The notes: generated by a model from the sequence alone, not told the origin. A DNA stretch of 46,937 bases from Candidatus Zambryskiibacteriota bacterium (GCA_009691335.1 SICR01000003.1:1-46937), one strand, 5' to 3'; shown: positions 1-8,397, counted from the stretch's first letter. Translations and numbers: made by a program.

Positions 1-3
1 TTG

Positions 4-141
4 CTAGTTAAAAGTTTCAACAATTTCTAACTGCTCTTGCTCTGCAAATTCTTTCAACTCGTCAATCTGCGATTCAATACTCAAAATCTGACGATCTGGC
101 TCGTCGGTAGATTTTCTCGCATAAAGAAAGAATTTGTTCAT
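4..141 (-). pseudogene. Truncated serine recombinase (resolvase-type N-terminal catalytic region), 45 aa
   Basis: Manual translation gives MNKFFLYARKSTDEPDRQILSIESQIDELKEFAEQEQLEIVETFN*. It has the YARKS catalytic Ser motif and the SI..Q motif. An in-frame TAG lies at 4-6, right at the window edge. Confidence 0.8.
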
Positions 142-199
142 AGAAAAAGGTTTATGTTAAATATTGATAATTATTCGCTTCCGGATTGGCTCACATAGG

Positions 200-228
200 T
201 TGACATTTGTATAAATTTGATATATAAT
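200..228 (+). promoter_or_regulatory. Consensus sigma70 promoter
   Basis: TTGACA (200-205), 17-bp spacer, TATAAT (223-228); SD-like AAGGAG at 248-253. Confidence 0.8.
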
Positions 229-355
229 TGTATAAGAGCAGACCGTTAAGGAGAGAGAGCTGTTATAATGTCTCTACCAAGGGATTGCCATTGGGCTAGC
301 TCTGCTATAAGCTGGTTCCAATTCCGCCCCACTTGGGTCGCAAAACAAAGTAATA

Positions 356-619
356 TTGAAGATATTTTTTGGATCATTTGGTGGAGCAGTGACGATGTCC
401 GCCATCTCCATCTACCTGGCAACCCTGCCCCAGATGGGTTGCGGGATGTGGAGTGGACACTGTGACGAAGTGCTCTTCCCAGTCTTCGTAGGGATGGCGT
501 CGCTGTCCCTGATCATGATGACGATTGCGGTCTGGGTCATCCTGGTGGTTTGCATTGAAAATGACCTCAGCAAGCGTTACGTCGGGCGCAGACAGCACCA
601 CCACCGGGCTCGTCCTTGA
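356..619 (+). CDS. Small orphan membrane protein, possibly the remnant of a longer degraded ORF
   Basis: Two hydrophobic segments between a consensus promoter and a terminator. The same frame continues upstream with hydrophobic sequence (CLYQGIAIGLALL*) across a TAA at 308-310. The start is uncertain. Confidence 0.4.
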   Translation: MKIFFGSFGGAVTMSAISIYLATLPQMGCGMWSGHCDEVLFPVFVGMASLSLIMMTIAVWVILVVCIENDLSKRYVGRRQHHHRARP

Positions 620-631
620 GCCCTCTCTACC

Positions 632-662
632 AAAGAGCTCCGATTCGTCGGGGCTCTTTTTT
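632..662 (+). terminator. Intrinsic terminator
   Basis: AAAGAGCTCCGA-TTCG-TCGGGGCTCTTTTTT: GC stem, UUCG-type loop, U tract. Confidence 0.85.
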
Positions 663-739
663 AATTCTAATCCCATAAGGTAGTTCCAGTAAAATGATTT
701 TAGACTAACTCTCTATTTGAATGATGTACTCATCATAAA

Positions 740-968
740 CCCCCGCCTCGCTTCACTCGGCAACACCAAAGAAAAATGTTCCTTGCTTTCTTGATTTGGC
801 GGGGGTGAAATTTTTCTTGAAAAAGGAAAGGACATTTTTTTTCGGTGTTCTGCCCTCATGGTCTCGGGCAGGTGGCGGAACAATGCGGACGAAGTTTTGG
901 CAAAACTATTTTTTGGGGAAAAGGATTTGGCAAAACCTCGGCTGACTTTTGTTTTTGAATTCGGAAGT
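740..968. other. Structured non-coding element, candidate end region of a recombinase element
   Basis: GC-rich stems (847-881) alternate with A/T tracts. Two related 15-bp palindromes are centred at 900 and 930. No credible ORF. Confidence 0.45.
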
Positions 969-995
969 AAATACACAGGGTTACCCTGTGTATTT
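969..995. repeat. REP-like palindrome family A, copy 1
   Basis: AAATACACAGGGT-T-ACCCTGTGTATTT; the core recurs at 5228 and 7778. Confidence 0.9.
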
Positions 996-1014
996 GCTTA
1001 CGGGATCGGGTATC

Positions 1015-1043
1015 TTGACAACCAAACATAGGTGATATATACT
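1015..1043 (+). promoter_or_regulatory. sigma70 promoter of the DEAD-box helicase gene
   Basis: TTGACA (1015-1020), 17 bp, TATACT (1038-1043). Confidence 0.75.
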
Positions 1044-1059
1044 TAAAGAGTTACAAATC

Positions 1060-1120
1060 AGTCCCTGCTTCGCCAACTTCTACGCCAAGGCTACGAAGTT
1101 CAAGAAGGCCACGCAGGACT
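1060..1120 (+). repeat. Nested hairpin (palindromic element within a similar element)
   Basis: Outer CCTGC-TTCGCC...AAGGCCAC-GCAGG encloses inner AACTTC-TACGCCAAGGCTAC-GAAGTT. Confidence 0.6.
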
Positions 1121-1194
1121 AGGCTCCAGAGTTTCCTCCTTTATGTTTATGTTAAAGGCACACAGAACCTCCAAGGCCTTTAATCAAATAGAAA

Positions 1195-2439
1195 ATGACA
1201 TACAACACACGTGGCTCACGGCCAGGTGCTCCTAGAAATAGTGGAGCAAGGTTTGGCGGTGGTTCCTCAAGTAGAAATAGTTTCTCCGGTCCTCGTCGAT
1301 TTGGTGGTAGACCAGCTGGAAAAAGGGGAATGAAGAGCTTCTCCGATGTTTCCAAATTTATAAATAAAGCAGTTATCACCGAAGAGGTTGAGGTTTTTAA
1401 ACCTGAACATTCTTTCAATTCTTTCGAATTGAATCCATTACTTAAGAAAAATATTTTGGCTAAAGGCTACGAGAACCCAACCCCAATACAGGACAGGGCT
1501 ATTCCTCATGTACTTAGAGGCGAAGATATCGTTGGCATTGCGAACACCGGTACAGGCAAGACCGGAGCATTCCTCATACCGCTTATCAATAAGGTTCTAA
1601 ATAATCCGACAGAGAAGGTACTTATCGTCGCGCCTGTACGCGAACTTGCCATGCAGATAGATGCAGAGCTTCGAGAATTTGCCAAAGGTTCTGGACTCTT
1701 CTCTGTAGTTGTTATCGGCGGGGCAAGTATGGGCAATCAGATACGCGAACTTCGTGGACGACACAACTTCGTCATCGGTACACCGGGACGCATTAAGGAC
1801 CATATAGAGTCTAGACACTTGAGTTTGTCAGGATTCAAAACTGTGGTGCTCGACGAAGCAGATCGCATGCTCGACATGGGATTCATCGGCGATATGAGAC
1901 TCTTGATGAGCCAGATGGCACCGGATAGACACACACTATTCTTCTCTGCAACGATTTCTCGCGAGATAGAAGGACTGATACATGAGTTTCTCAAAACTCC
2001 TGTAAGAATTTCTGTAAAGACTCAAGACACTGCCAAGAATATAGATCAAGATGTCATCCGTATACAAGGCAGGCAGAAGTTCGATGTGCTTCGTGATCTA
2101 CTGTCTGATAAAGAGGAGTTTAACAAGACTCTCGTCTTTGCTCGTACCAAACACGGTGCAGATAAGCTCGCCAAGGCTTTGACACAAGCGGGTGTCAGGT
2201 CTGACGCAATCCACGGTAACAAGCAACAGAACGCTAGACAGCGAGTGTTGGAGGACTTTAAGAAAGGGATCGTCGCAGTACTTGTCGCCACAGATGTCGC
2301 CGCTCGAGGACTAGACATCAAAGAAATCTCACATGTGATCAACTACGATTTGCCTGCAACTTACGAAGATTATGTGCATCGCATAGGTCGTACTGGCCGT
2401 GCAGAGAAGAAGGGGAAAGCGCTCACATTTATTGAATAA
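1195..2439 (+). CDS. DEAD-box ATP-dependent RNA helicase
   Basis: Q motif (PTPIQ), GTGKT, TPGR, DEAD, SAT, ARGLD and HRIGRTGRA motifs; Arg/Gly-rich N-terminal extension. Confidence 0.97.
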   Translation: MTYNTRGSRPGAPRNSGARFGGGSSSRNSFSGPRRFGGRPAGKRGMKSFSDVSKFINKAVITEEVEVFKPEHSFNSFELNPLLKKNILAKGYENPTPIQDRAIPHVLRGEDIVGIANTGTGKTGAFLIPLINKVLNNPTEKVLIVAPVRELAMQIDAELREFAKGSGLFSVVVIGGASMGNQIRELRGRHNFVIGTPGRIKDHIESRHLSLSGFKTVVLDEADRMLDMGFIGDMRLLMSQMAPDRHTLFFSATISREIEGLIHEFLKTPVRISVKTQDTAKNIDQDVIRIQGRQKFDVLRDLLSDKEEFNKTLVFARTKHGADKLAKALTQAGVRSDAIHGNKQQNARQRVLEDFKKGIVAVLVATDVAARGLDIKEISHVINYDLPATYEDYVHRIGRTGRAEKKGKALTFIE

Positions 2440-2501
2440 GTTTCGCTGAATGTGCGATTGACCTAATTTCTAATTTACCCAAATTCTGCTATATTGGCAG
2501 T

Positions 2502-3005
2502 ATGACGATTAGAGTTGGATTGAAGGCTCCTGATTTCTCACTTCCTGATCAGAATGGGAAGGTGCATAAACTCTCTACATACAAAGGTAAATGGGTTCTA
2601 TTGTATTTCTATCCCAAGGATGATACGCCCGGGTGTACTATCGAGGCTTGTACAATACGGGACCAGTTCCAAGATTTCAAAAAGATAAAGGCTGTAGTAC
2701 TCGGAGTTTCTAAAGACTCGGTGGAGAGTCATAAGAAATTTGCCGATACATATAAGCTTCCATTTACCATTCTTTCAGACGAAGATAAAAAGATTATCAA
2801 AAAATACGGAGTATGGGGAGAGAAAATTTTGTATGGTAAAAAATATGTAGGCGTGAATCGAACATCATTCCTAATAGGTCCGGACGGTAAGGTGAAAAAA
2901 GTTTATCAGAATGTGAAGCCGCCAAAGCATGCCGAGGAAGTACTTCGTGATATCAAGGAGAAGGAAAAGATTGATGTCAAAGCTAAGTCAAAACGACAAA
3001 AGTAA
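2502..3005 (+). CDS. bcp: Peroxiredoxin Bcp/PrxQ
   Basis: YFYPKDDTPGCTIEAC signature. Confidence 0.95.
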   Translation: MTIRVGLKAPDFSLPDQNGKVHKLSTYKGKWVLLYFYPKDDTPGCTIEACTIRDQFQDFKKIKAVVLGVSKDSVESHKKFADTYKLPFTILSDEDKKIIKKYGVWGEKILYGKKYVGVNRTSFLIGPDGKVKKVYQNVKPPKHAEEVLRDIKEKEKIDVKAKSKRQK

Positions 3006-3007
3006 AT

Positions 3008-3424
3008 TTATTTAAAAACTAGGAGCAGTGCTCCGCTGATGATGAAGGCTAGACCAATGCCTGATTTCAGTGTTATAGCTTCACCTAGAAATAGTGCGGC
3101 TAGGATAACTACAAATACCACACTGAGTCTGTCGAGTGCGGCTACACCGGAGGCTGGGCCGTATTTGAGAGCGAAGAAGTAGAAGAGCCATGAGAGCGCT
3201 CCAGCTATGCCAGAGTATATGATAAAGAGTAGGGTCTTGTTGTCTACCGTTTTGAGCATTGGTAGTTTGCCGAGTATCAGCGCGGCGCTAATCATAAATA
3301 TACCCATAACCGCCGCACGAATGGCTGTGGCTAGAGTCGTATCAACAGTTTTCAAACCGATCTTACCTAAGATGGCGACCGCTGCCGCAAACACTGCCGA
3401 GATGAGAGCATATGCAATCCACAT
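3008..3424 (-). CDS. EamA/DMT-family small transporter
   Basis: About 5 TM helices with LGKIGL...TLATAIR and ALKYG.AS.VA.LDRLSVV patterns; start placed at MWIAYA. Confidence 0.85.
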   Translation of the reverse strand: MWIAYALISAVFAAAVAILGKIGLKTVDTTLATAIRAAVMGIFMISAALILGKLPMLKTVDNKTLLFIIYSGIAGALSWLFYFFALKYGPASGVAALDRLSVVFVVILAALFLGEAITLKSGIGLAFIISGALLLVFK

Positions 3425-3483
3425 ATAGAAATATGTTAGCACATAACTAAGGTAGAATGAATATGTAGAATAACTAAAAATTT

Positions 3484-3873
3484 ATGGAACTGACAATATT
3501 GTTATCAAAGGTGTTCGGGGTCTACTTTGTGGTCATGGGTGTATTTGTGCTCTTGCGCCGAGAGTGGTTCAAGGCCGTGGTAACTTCCTTTGCAGAAGTG
3601 CCGGCGCTTCGGTTTGTGATGGGCATGTTTATGTTCTTCGGTGGCGTCTTTATGATAGTTTCGCATCAGGATTGGTCTAACTTCTCTTCGGGATTTATCT
3701 CTTTCCTTGGTTGGGCAGTAGCTCTCAAAGCGCTTCTCTATATGAATCTCTCGAATATTGCGATCAAGAAATTTACTTGGCTTAAGACAAGCGATAAGTA
3801 CGGCTGGATAATGGGGCTGCTCTCTCTGGCTCTTGGTCTTTATCTTTCAAATTTTGCTTTCGGTTGGTACTAA
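3484..3873 (+). CDS. Four-TM hypothetical membrane protein
   Basis: 129 aa, hydrophobic; directly abuts murA. Confidence 0.75.
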   Translation: MELTILLSKVFGVYFVVMGVFVLLRREWFKAVVTSFAEVPALRFVMGMFMFFGGVFMIVSHQDWSNFSSGFISFLGWAVALKALLYMNLSNIAIKKFTWLKTSDKYGWIMGLLSLALGLYLSNFAFGWY

Positions 3874-5196
3874 ATGTCAAATTGGACGGATGACCGGGAT
3901 GACTTCGAGATAGAAGGTGGTAGGAAGTTGTATGGAGAGATAGTCACCAATGCTTCCAAGAATGGGTCTATGCACCTGTTTGCCGCCGCTATGGTAAATA
4001 GAGGCAAGACTACTTTAAAAAATATTCCCCGTATTGAGGAGGTCAGTCGCTTCTTAGAGGTTTTTCAAAGTCTGGGGGTAAGGGCACAATGGGTTGGTGA
4101 GCATACTGTAACTATAGAGCCGTCAAAAGCTTTGCGATTCGACAATATAGATATTGTCGCGGTAGGTAAGATCCGCTCCGCTCTCATGCTCTTGGGGCCG
4201 CTTTCGGCTTGGTCAAAGAACTTTAAGTTTCCTCATATCGGCGGTTGCAAGATGGGCGAGAGGACTATCAGCGCACATCGCTATGCCCTAGAATCTCTCG
4301 GTTTGAAAATAGTTACAGAAGAGAATCACTACAATATTTTTGTTTTAGGCAAACCGAAGAAAGAAGTGGTTATGTATGAGTCCTCTGATACTGGCACTAC
4401 CAATGCCATATTGCGCGCCGCAGTCTTGCCTCAAACTACGATCATCGATTTCGCCCAGCAGAACTATATGGTCTTGGAGGTCTGTTACTTTTTACAAAAA
4501 CTAGGTATTGGTATTGCGGGTATTGGGACCAAAACTTTGACTATTACCGGCAATCCAAATATTAATAAAGATATTGAATACTCCAATAGTGAGGACCCTA
4601 TTGAGGCTATGTTCTTCATCGCCATAGCGATTATGACAGGCTCTAAACTCGTTATCTGCCGCGCACCAATAGATTTCTTGAAAGTAGAATTATTAAAATT
4701 AGAAAAGATGGGATTGAAGTATAAACTCTCCAAGCTGTATCTATCGGATAATGGATTTACCAAGTTGGTAGATATCACTGTTTATCCTTCTAATCTCAAG
4801 GCCCTCTCTGACAAGATACATGCGCAACCTTACCCGGGGATAAACACTGACAATCTGCCGTTCTTCGTACCTATCGCAACACAAGCCATCGGCAGAACGC
4901 TTATACACGACTGGATGTGGGAAGATAGAGCAATATTTTTCACCGAACTTAACCGTTTGGGAGGCAAGGTTACATTGGCCGATCCGCACCGAGTTTTTGT
5001 CGATGGGCCCAATAAGTTGAAGGCGACACAGATAGTATGTCCGCCAGCTCTGCGCCCCGCTATGATGCTCATGGCCGCTATGCTCGGTGCTGAAGGTATA
5101 TCAACCCTTCATAATGTTTATGCTATCTGTCGTGGTTACGAGAATATTGTCGGAAGACTCAATAAAATAGGAGCCAAAATCAAGCTATTGAAATAA
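3874..5196 (+). CDS. murA: UDP-N-acetylglucosamine 1-carboxyvinyltransferase
   Basis: SKN Lys motif, GGCKMGER catalytic Cys loop, PYPG.NTD, RGYENI. Confidence 0.93.
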   Translation: MSNWTDDRDDFEIEGGRKLYGEIVTNASKNGSMHLFAAAMVNRGKTTLKNIPRIEEVSRFLEVFQSLGVRAQWVGEHTVTIEPSKALRFDNIDIVAVGKIRSALMLLGPLSAWSKNFKFPHIGGCKMGERTISAHRYALESLGLKIVTEENHYNIFVLGKPKKEVVMYESSDTGTTNAILRAAVLPQTTIIDFAQQNYMVLEVCYFLQKLGIGIAGIGTKTLTITGNPNINKDIEYSNSEDPIEAMFFIAIAIMTGSKLVICRAPIDFLKVELLKLEKMGLKYKLSKLYLSDNGFTKLVDITVYPSNLKALSDKIHAQPYPGINTDNLPFFVPIATQAIGRTLIHDWMWEDRAIFFTELNRLGGKVTLADPHRVFVDGPNKLKATQIVCPPALRPAMMLMAAMLGAEGISTLHNVYAICRGYENIVGRLNKIGAKIKLLK

Positions 5197-5227
5197 TTTC
5201 CTGAAGAGAGAATAGAAACCTGTAGCG

Positions 5228-5262
5228 CACCCCATACACAGGGTTACCCTGTGTATGGGGTG
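5228..5262. repeat. REP-like palindrome family A, copy 2
   Basis: CACCCCATACACAGGGT-T-ACCCTGTGTATGGGGTG with 17-bp arms, between convergent genes. Confidence 0.9.
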
Positions 5263-5264
5263 GT

Positions 5265-5879
5265 TTATTTGTAAAAGCGGGCTTCTACTTCGTCCCACCA
5301 GCCATTCTTATCTGCGTCTCGGGTGGTCGGGTTAGTATTTACACATGCTGATCCAGATACTTCTTCTTGAAAACAGAATTTCATCCCAAGAAGTTTGATA
5401 TCTCCGGTATCTTGGGTAAAGAACAGCACTACCTGCGCTGACGTGCCATAGACACTAGCATTGAAGTAGTGGCTTAACATTATTATTTGCTTCTCGTCGT
5501 AATAAGTCTCTTTGAAATCATCTCTAAGCAGATCTCGGGTAAAGATGTAGACATTGTCCATGAGAGTATTGCATTCATTTGTCTTTAGCGGGTCTTGGCA
5601 AGTATCTGATAGTTGGTATGAGAGGCTCTTTATACCCTTCAGATTGTGAGTACGAGAGAATTCCCGATATTGCTCAAATGTCTGCCAAGCTTGGTCTGGA
5701 ATGCGGTTGTCTGGCGCTGGGGCTCCAAAGTCTGGGATATTGGTAGGGAAGGATAGAGCGCTAAATACTTTTGAAAAAGTGCCGAGCTCGACCTTTGAAT
5801 TAGGGTTGGGAAATAAGTTATCCCAAAATGCGCCATAGACCACTGCAAGCGCTACTGTTATGACTATGGTTCTTTTCAT
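5265..5879 (-). CDS. Hypothetical exported or membrane-anchored protein
   Basis: N-terminal hydrophobic segment, four Cys, C-terminal DADKNGWWDEVE Ca-binding-like motif. Confidence 0.75.
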   Translation of the reverse strand: MKRTIVITVALAVVYGAFWDNLFPNPNSKVELGTFSKVFSALSFPTNIPDFGAPAPDNRIPDQAWQTFEQYREFSRTHNLKGIKSLSYQLSDTCQDPLKTNECNTLMDNVYIFTRDLLRDDFKETYYDEKQIIMLSHYFNASVYGTSAQVVLFFTQDTGDIKLLGMKFCFQEEVSGSACVNTNPTTRDADKNGWWDEVEARFYK

Positions 5880-5963
5880 AGATTGATGATTCTTGATAAT
5901 ATTAGGAATAATACCATAACAAGCGGTTGAAGGTAAGGTACTTGGATGGTAAAATAAAATGAC

Positions 5964-6644
5964 ATGATCTTCTTTGACCGCGTTTCTAAAATTTATCCGG
6001 ATGATTCCGTAGCTCTGGATAATGTGACTATCTCAATTGAACCCAAGGAATTCGTCTCTATCGTAGGACCGTCAGGGGCCGGCAAGACGACACTGCTTAA
6101 ACTCTTTCTAGCCGAGGATAAGCCCACGGAAGGTAGTATCCTCTACGACAATGTAGATATCCACAGTCTAGATAAGAAATCCATCAATGAGTTCAGAAGA
6201 AGGGTGGGTATGGTCTTCCAAGATTTCCGCCTTTTACCAGATAAAACTGTTTACGAAAATATTGCCTTTACCATGGAGGCTTCTGGACGCTCTGATGATG
6301 AGATAGAAGCGGATGTGCCATACGTCTTGGAACTGGTAGATTTGACGGCTAAAATTTGGAACTTCCCTCACGAGCTTTCCGGTGGAGAGAAGCAGCGTGT
6401 AGCTATCGCTAGAGCTCTGGTTAATGAGCCAGACGTCATTATCGCAGACGAGCCGACTGGGAACTTGGATCCAATGAACACCTATGACATTGTCCAAATA
6501 TTGAAGAAGATCAACGACCTCGGCACTACTGTGATATTGACTACTCACAACAAAGGTATAATAGATTCTCTAAGAAAGCGTGTCATCGCCATGGATAAGG
6601 GTCGGGTGGTACGTGATGACAGGTCAGGTAAGTACGATGCGTAG
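5964..6644 (+). CDS. ftsE: Cell division ATP-binding protein FtsE
   Basis: GPSGAGKT, VFQDFRLL, LSGGEKQR, ADEPTGNLD; next to ftsX. Confidence 0.95.
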   Translation: MIFFDRVSKIYPDDSVALDNVTISIEPKEFVSIVGPSGAGKTTLLKLFLAEDKPTEGSILYDNVDIHSLDKKSINEFRRRVGMVFQDFRLLPDKTVYENIAFTMEASGRSDDEIEADVPYVLELVDLTAKIWNFPHELSGGEKQRVAIARALVNEPDVIIADEPTGNLDPMNTYDIVQILKKINDLGTTVILTTHNKGIIDSLRKRVIAMDKGRVVRDDRSGKYDA

Positions 6645-6670
6645 TTCAACTTCACCCACTATAAATAAAT

Positions 6671-7609
6671 ATGATTAAAGAACTTTTGAAGACAAAACTA
6701 AAGAGGATTATACGAGCAGGCCTCTATAATTTCTGGAGAAATGGCACTGTCTCTCTGGCATCGGTGCTAGTCATGATGGTAACTCTGACGGTTGTCGGGT
6801 TCATTTCTTTCTCTGGCGCCATTCTAGATACTTCACTCAATGAACTGCGAAACAAAATAGACATTAATGTCACTTTTGTCCCATCAGCAACAGAAGAAGA
6901 TGTGTTGAATATCAAGTACTCTCTTGAATCATTACCGGAAGTCTCGCTTATAACTTATATTTCCAAAGAAGAAGCCCTCACTGCCTTCAAGGATCGTCAT
7001 GCCAATGATCAATCCATCTTGGCTGCTCTAGATGAGCTTGATAGTAATCCTCTTGGGGCAGTACTCAACATCAAGGCTAGAGACCCGTCTCAGTATGCTT
7101 CAGTAGCGCAATTCTTAGAGGGGGATAATACAGTCTCTAAAAGCGGTATCACTATCGTCAGTCGCGTAAATTACTTTCAGAACAAAGCAGCTATCGATAG
7201 ACTAACAGCCATCATCCACTCTGCGGACCGTCTGGGTCTTGCTCTGACCATACTTCTGGCTATTATCTCTATGCTTATCGCTTTCAATACCATACGGCTC
7301 ACTATTTATATATCCAAAGATGAGATATCGGTCATGCGTTTGGTCGGCGCTTCTACAAGCTACATACAAGGGCCATTTGTAGTGCTCGGCATTATCTACG
7401 GCTTAGTGGCAGGGATTATCACCCTTGTCCTCTTCTTGCCTATGACTTATTGGTTGGGAACCGAGACAGAAAATTTCCTTATCGGATTTAATGTTTTCTC
7501 GTACTATTTGCGACACTTCGTGGAGATTGCTCTTGTCATAATGATCTCTGGCATTCTCATCGGCGCTCTCTCAAGCATCTTAGCAATCAGAAAATATCTA
7601 AAAGTTTAG
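6671..7609 (+). CDS. ftsX: Cell division permease FtsX
   Basis: TM1, large loop with SKEEAL and NPL, then NTIRL...EISVMRLVGA...IQGPF. Confidence 0.93.
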   Translation: MIKELLKTKLKRIIRAGLYNFWRNGTVSLASVLVMMVTLTVVGFISFSGAILDTSLNELRNKIDINVTFVPSATEEDVLNIKYSLESLPEVSLITYISKEEALTAFKDRHANDQSILAALDELDSNPLGAVLNIKARDPSQYASVAQFLEGDNTVSKSGITIVSRVNYFQNKAAIDRLTAIIHSADRLGLALTILLAIISMLIAFNTIRLTIYISKDEISVMRLVGASTSYIQGPFVVLGIIYGLVAGIITLVLFLPMTYWLGTETENFLIGFNVFSYYLRHFVEIALVIMISGILIGALSSILAIRKYLKV

Positions 7610-7632
7610 CAAGAATATTACGGTTTGAAGAG

Positions 7633-7759
7633 AATAGGGTCAGGTACCTTTTCTTGGCCATCCCAGCTTTCAGTTAGTGGCTTCTAGATTATACTTCTTT
7701 ATTTGCTTCTGTACCCACCGATCATCCCCGTAGTGTCACAAAAGGTACCTGACCCTATT
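7633..7759. mobile_element. 127-bp MITE/REPIN-like element with perfect 20-bp terminal inverted repeats
   Basis: AATAGGGTCAGGTACCTTTT (7633-7652) and AAAAGGTACCTGACCCTATT (7740-7759). Confidence 0.6.
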
Positions 7760-7777
7760 TACCCCGCATGTAAATGC

Positions 7778-7812
7778 ACCTAAATACACAGGGTAACCCT
7801 GTGTATTTAGGT
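7778..7812. repeat. REP-like palindrome family A, copy 3
   Basis: ACCTAAATACACAGGGT-A-ACCCTGTGTATTTAGGT. Confidence 0.9.
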
Positions 7813-7950
7813 CTCTCGATAACCTATCACGAGTTGGCTGACCTCATCGGTCTCGTTAATCACCCAGTGAGACCCCATAAAGCCTTTTTAGCTTCTTTTA
7901 GTTTACCATTTTGACGCTCTTCGGAATGCTTAAATTTAAGCCGTTAGACT

Positions 7951-8397
7951 TTAAGACCCATACTTCATTAAAATTTGCTTTTCAGTGTTTCCCACTTCTT
8001 GAAAGCCAATCTTCTTGTAAAAATAAATGGCTTTCTCGTTAACGTAATGAACTTCGAGAGTAATTGGTATTCCTGTTGATTCAGATTCATTAATGAGATC
8101 TTTTAGAATAGCTGTTCCAATTCCCTTTCCCTGAAATTCAGGCAAGATCTGAATTCCACCAATATAGATAGATTCAGAAGACCTTACTATTCTCAAACGA
8201 CCAACATCCTTTCCATCAAACTGGATGACTTGGACCTTCCCAGGCTCAAACTTATTTAGATATTCCGCCAACTCTTTATCGTAATCAAGGGCAGTTCTCA
8301 CAATCGATGAGGTTGGCTTCATAGCTTCAATCTTCACATTGAAAAGAAACTCTGCGTCTTTCTGCTCAGATGTTCTTAATGTGTATTTTGGATTCAT
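7951..8397 (-). CDS. GNAT-family N-acetyltransferase
   Basis: ILPEFQGKGIG acetyl-CoA motif and N.KA..FYKKIGF; SD GAGGAG upstream. Confidence 0.9.
   Translation of the reverse strand: MNPKYTLRTSEQKDAEFLFNVKIEAMKPTSSIVRTALDYDKELAEYLNKFEPGKVQVIQFDGKDVGRLRIVRSSESIYIGGIQILPEFQGKGIGTAILKDLINESESTGIPITLEVHYVNEKAIYFYKKIGFQEVGNTEKQILMKYGS

Noticed and set aside
713-976. 87-aa minus-strand ORF
   Set aside because: It runs through palindromes and homopolymer tracts, starts inside palindrome A and has no protein-like motifs; treated as non-coding.
1130-1157. Second dif-like site (TTATGTTAAAG)
   Set aside because: The XerD-like arm is 10/11, but the left arm does not resemble a XerC arm.
969-7812. Palindrome A copies as a CRISPR array
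   Set aside because: Copies are kilobases apart with genes between them; there are no regular spacers and no cas genes.
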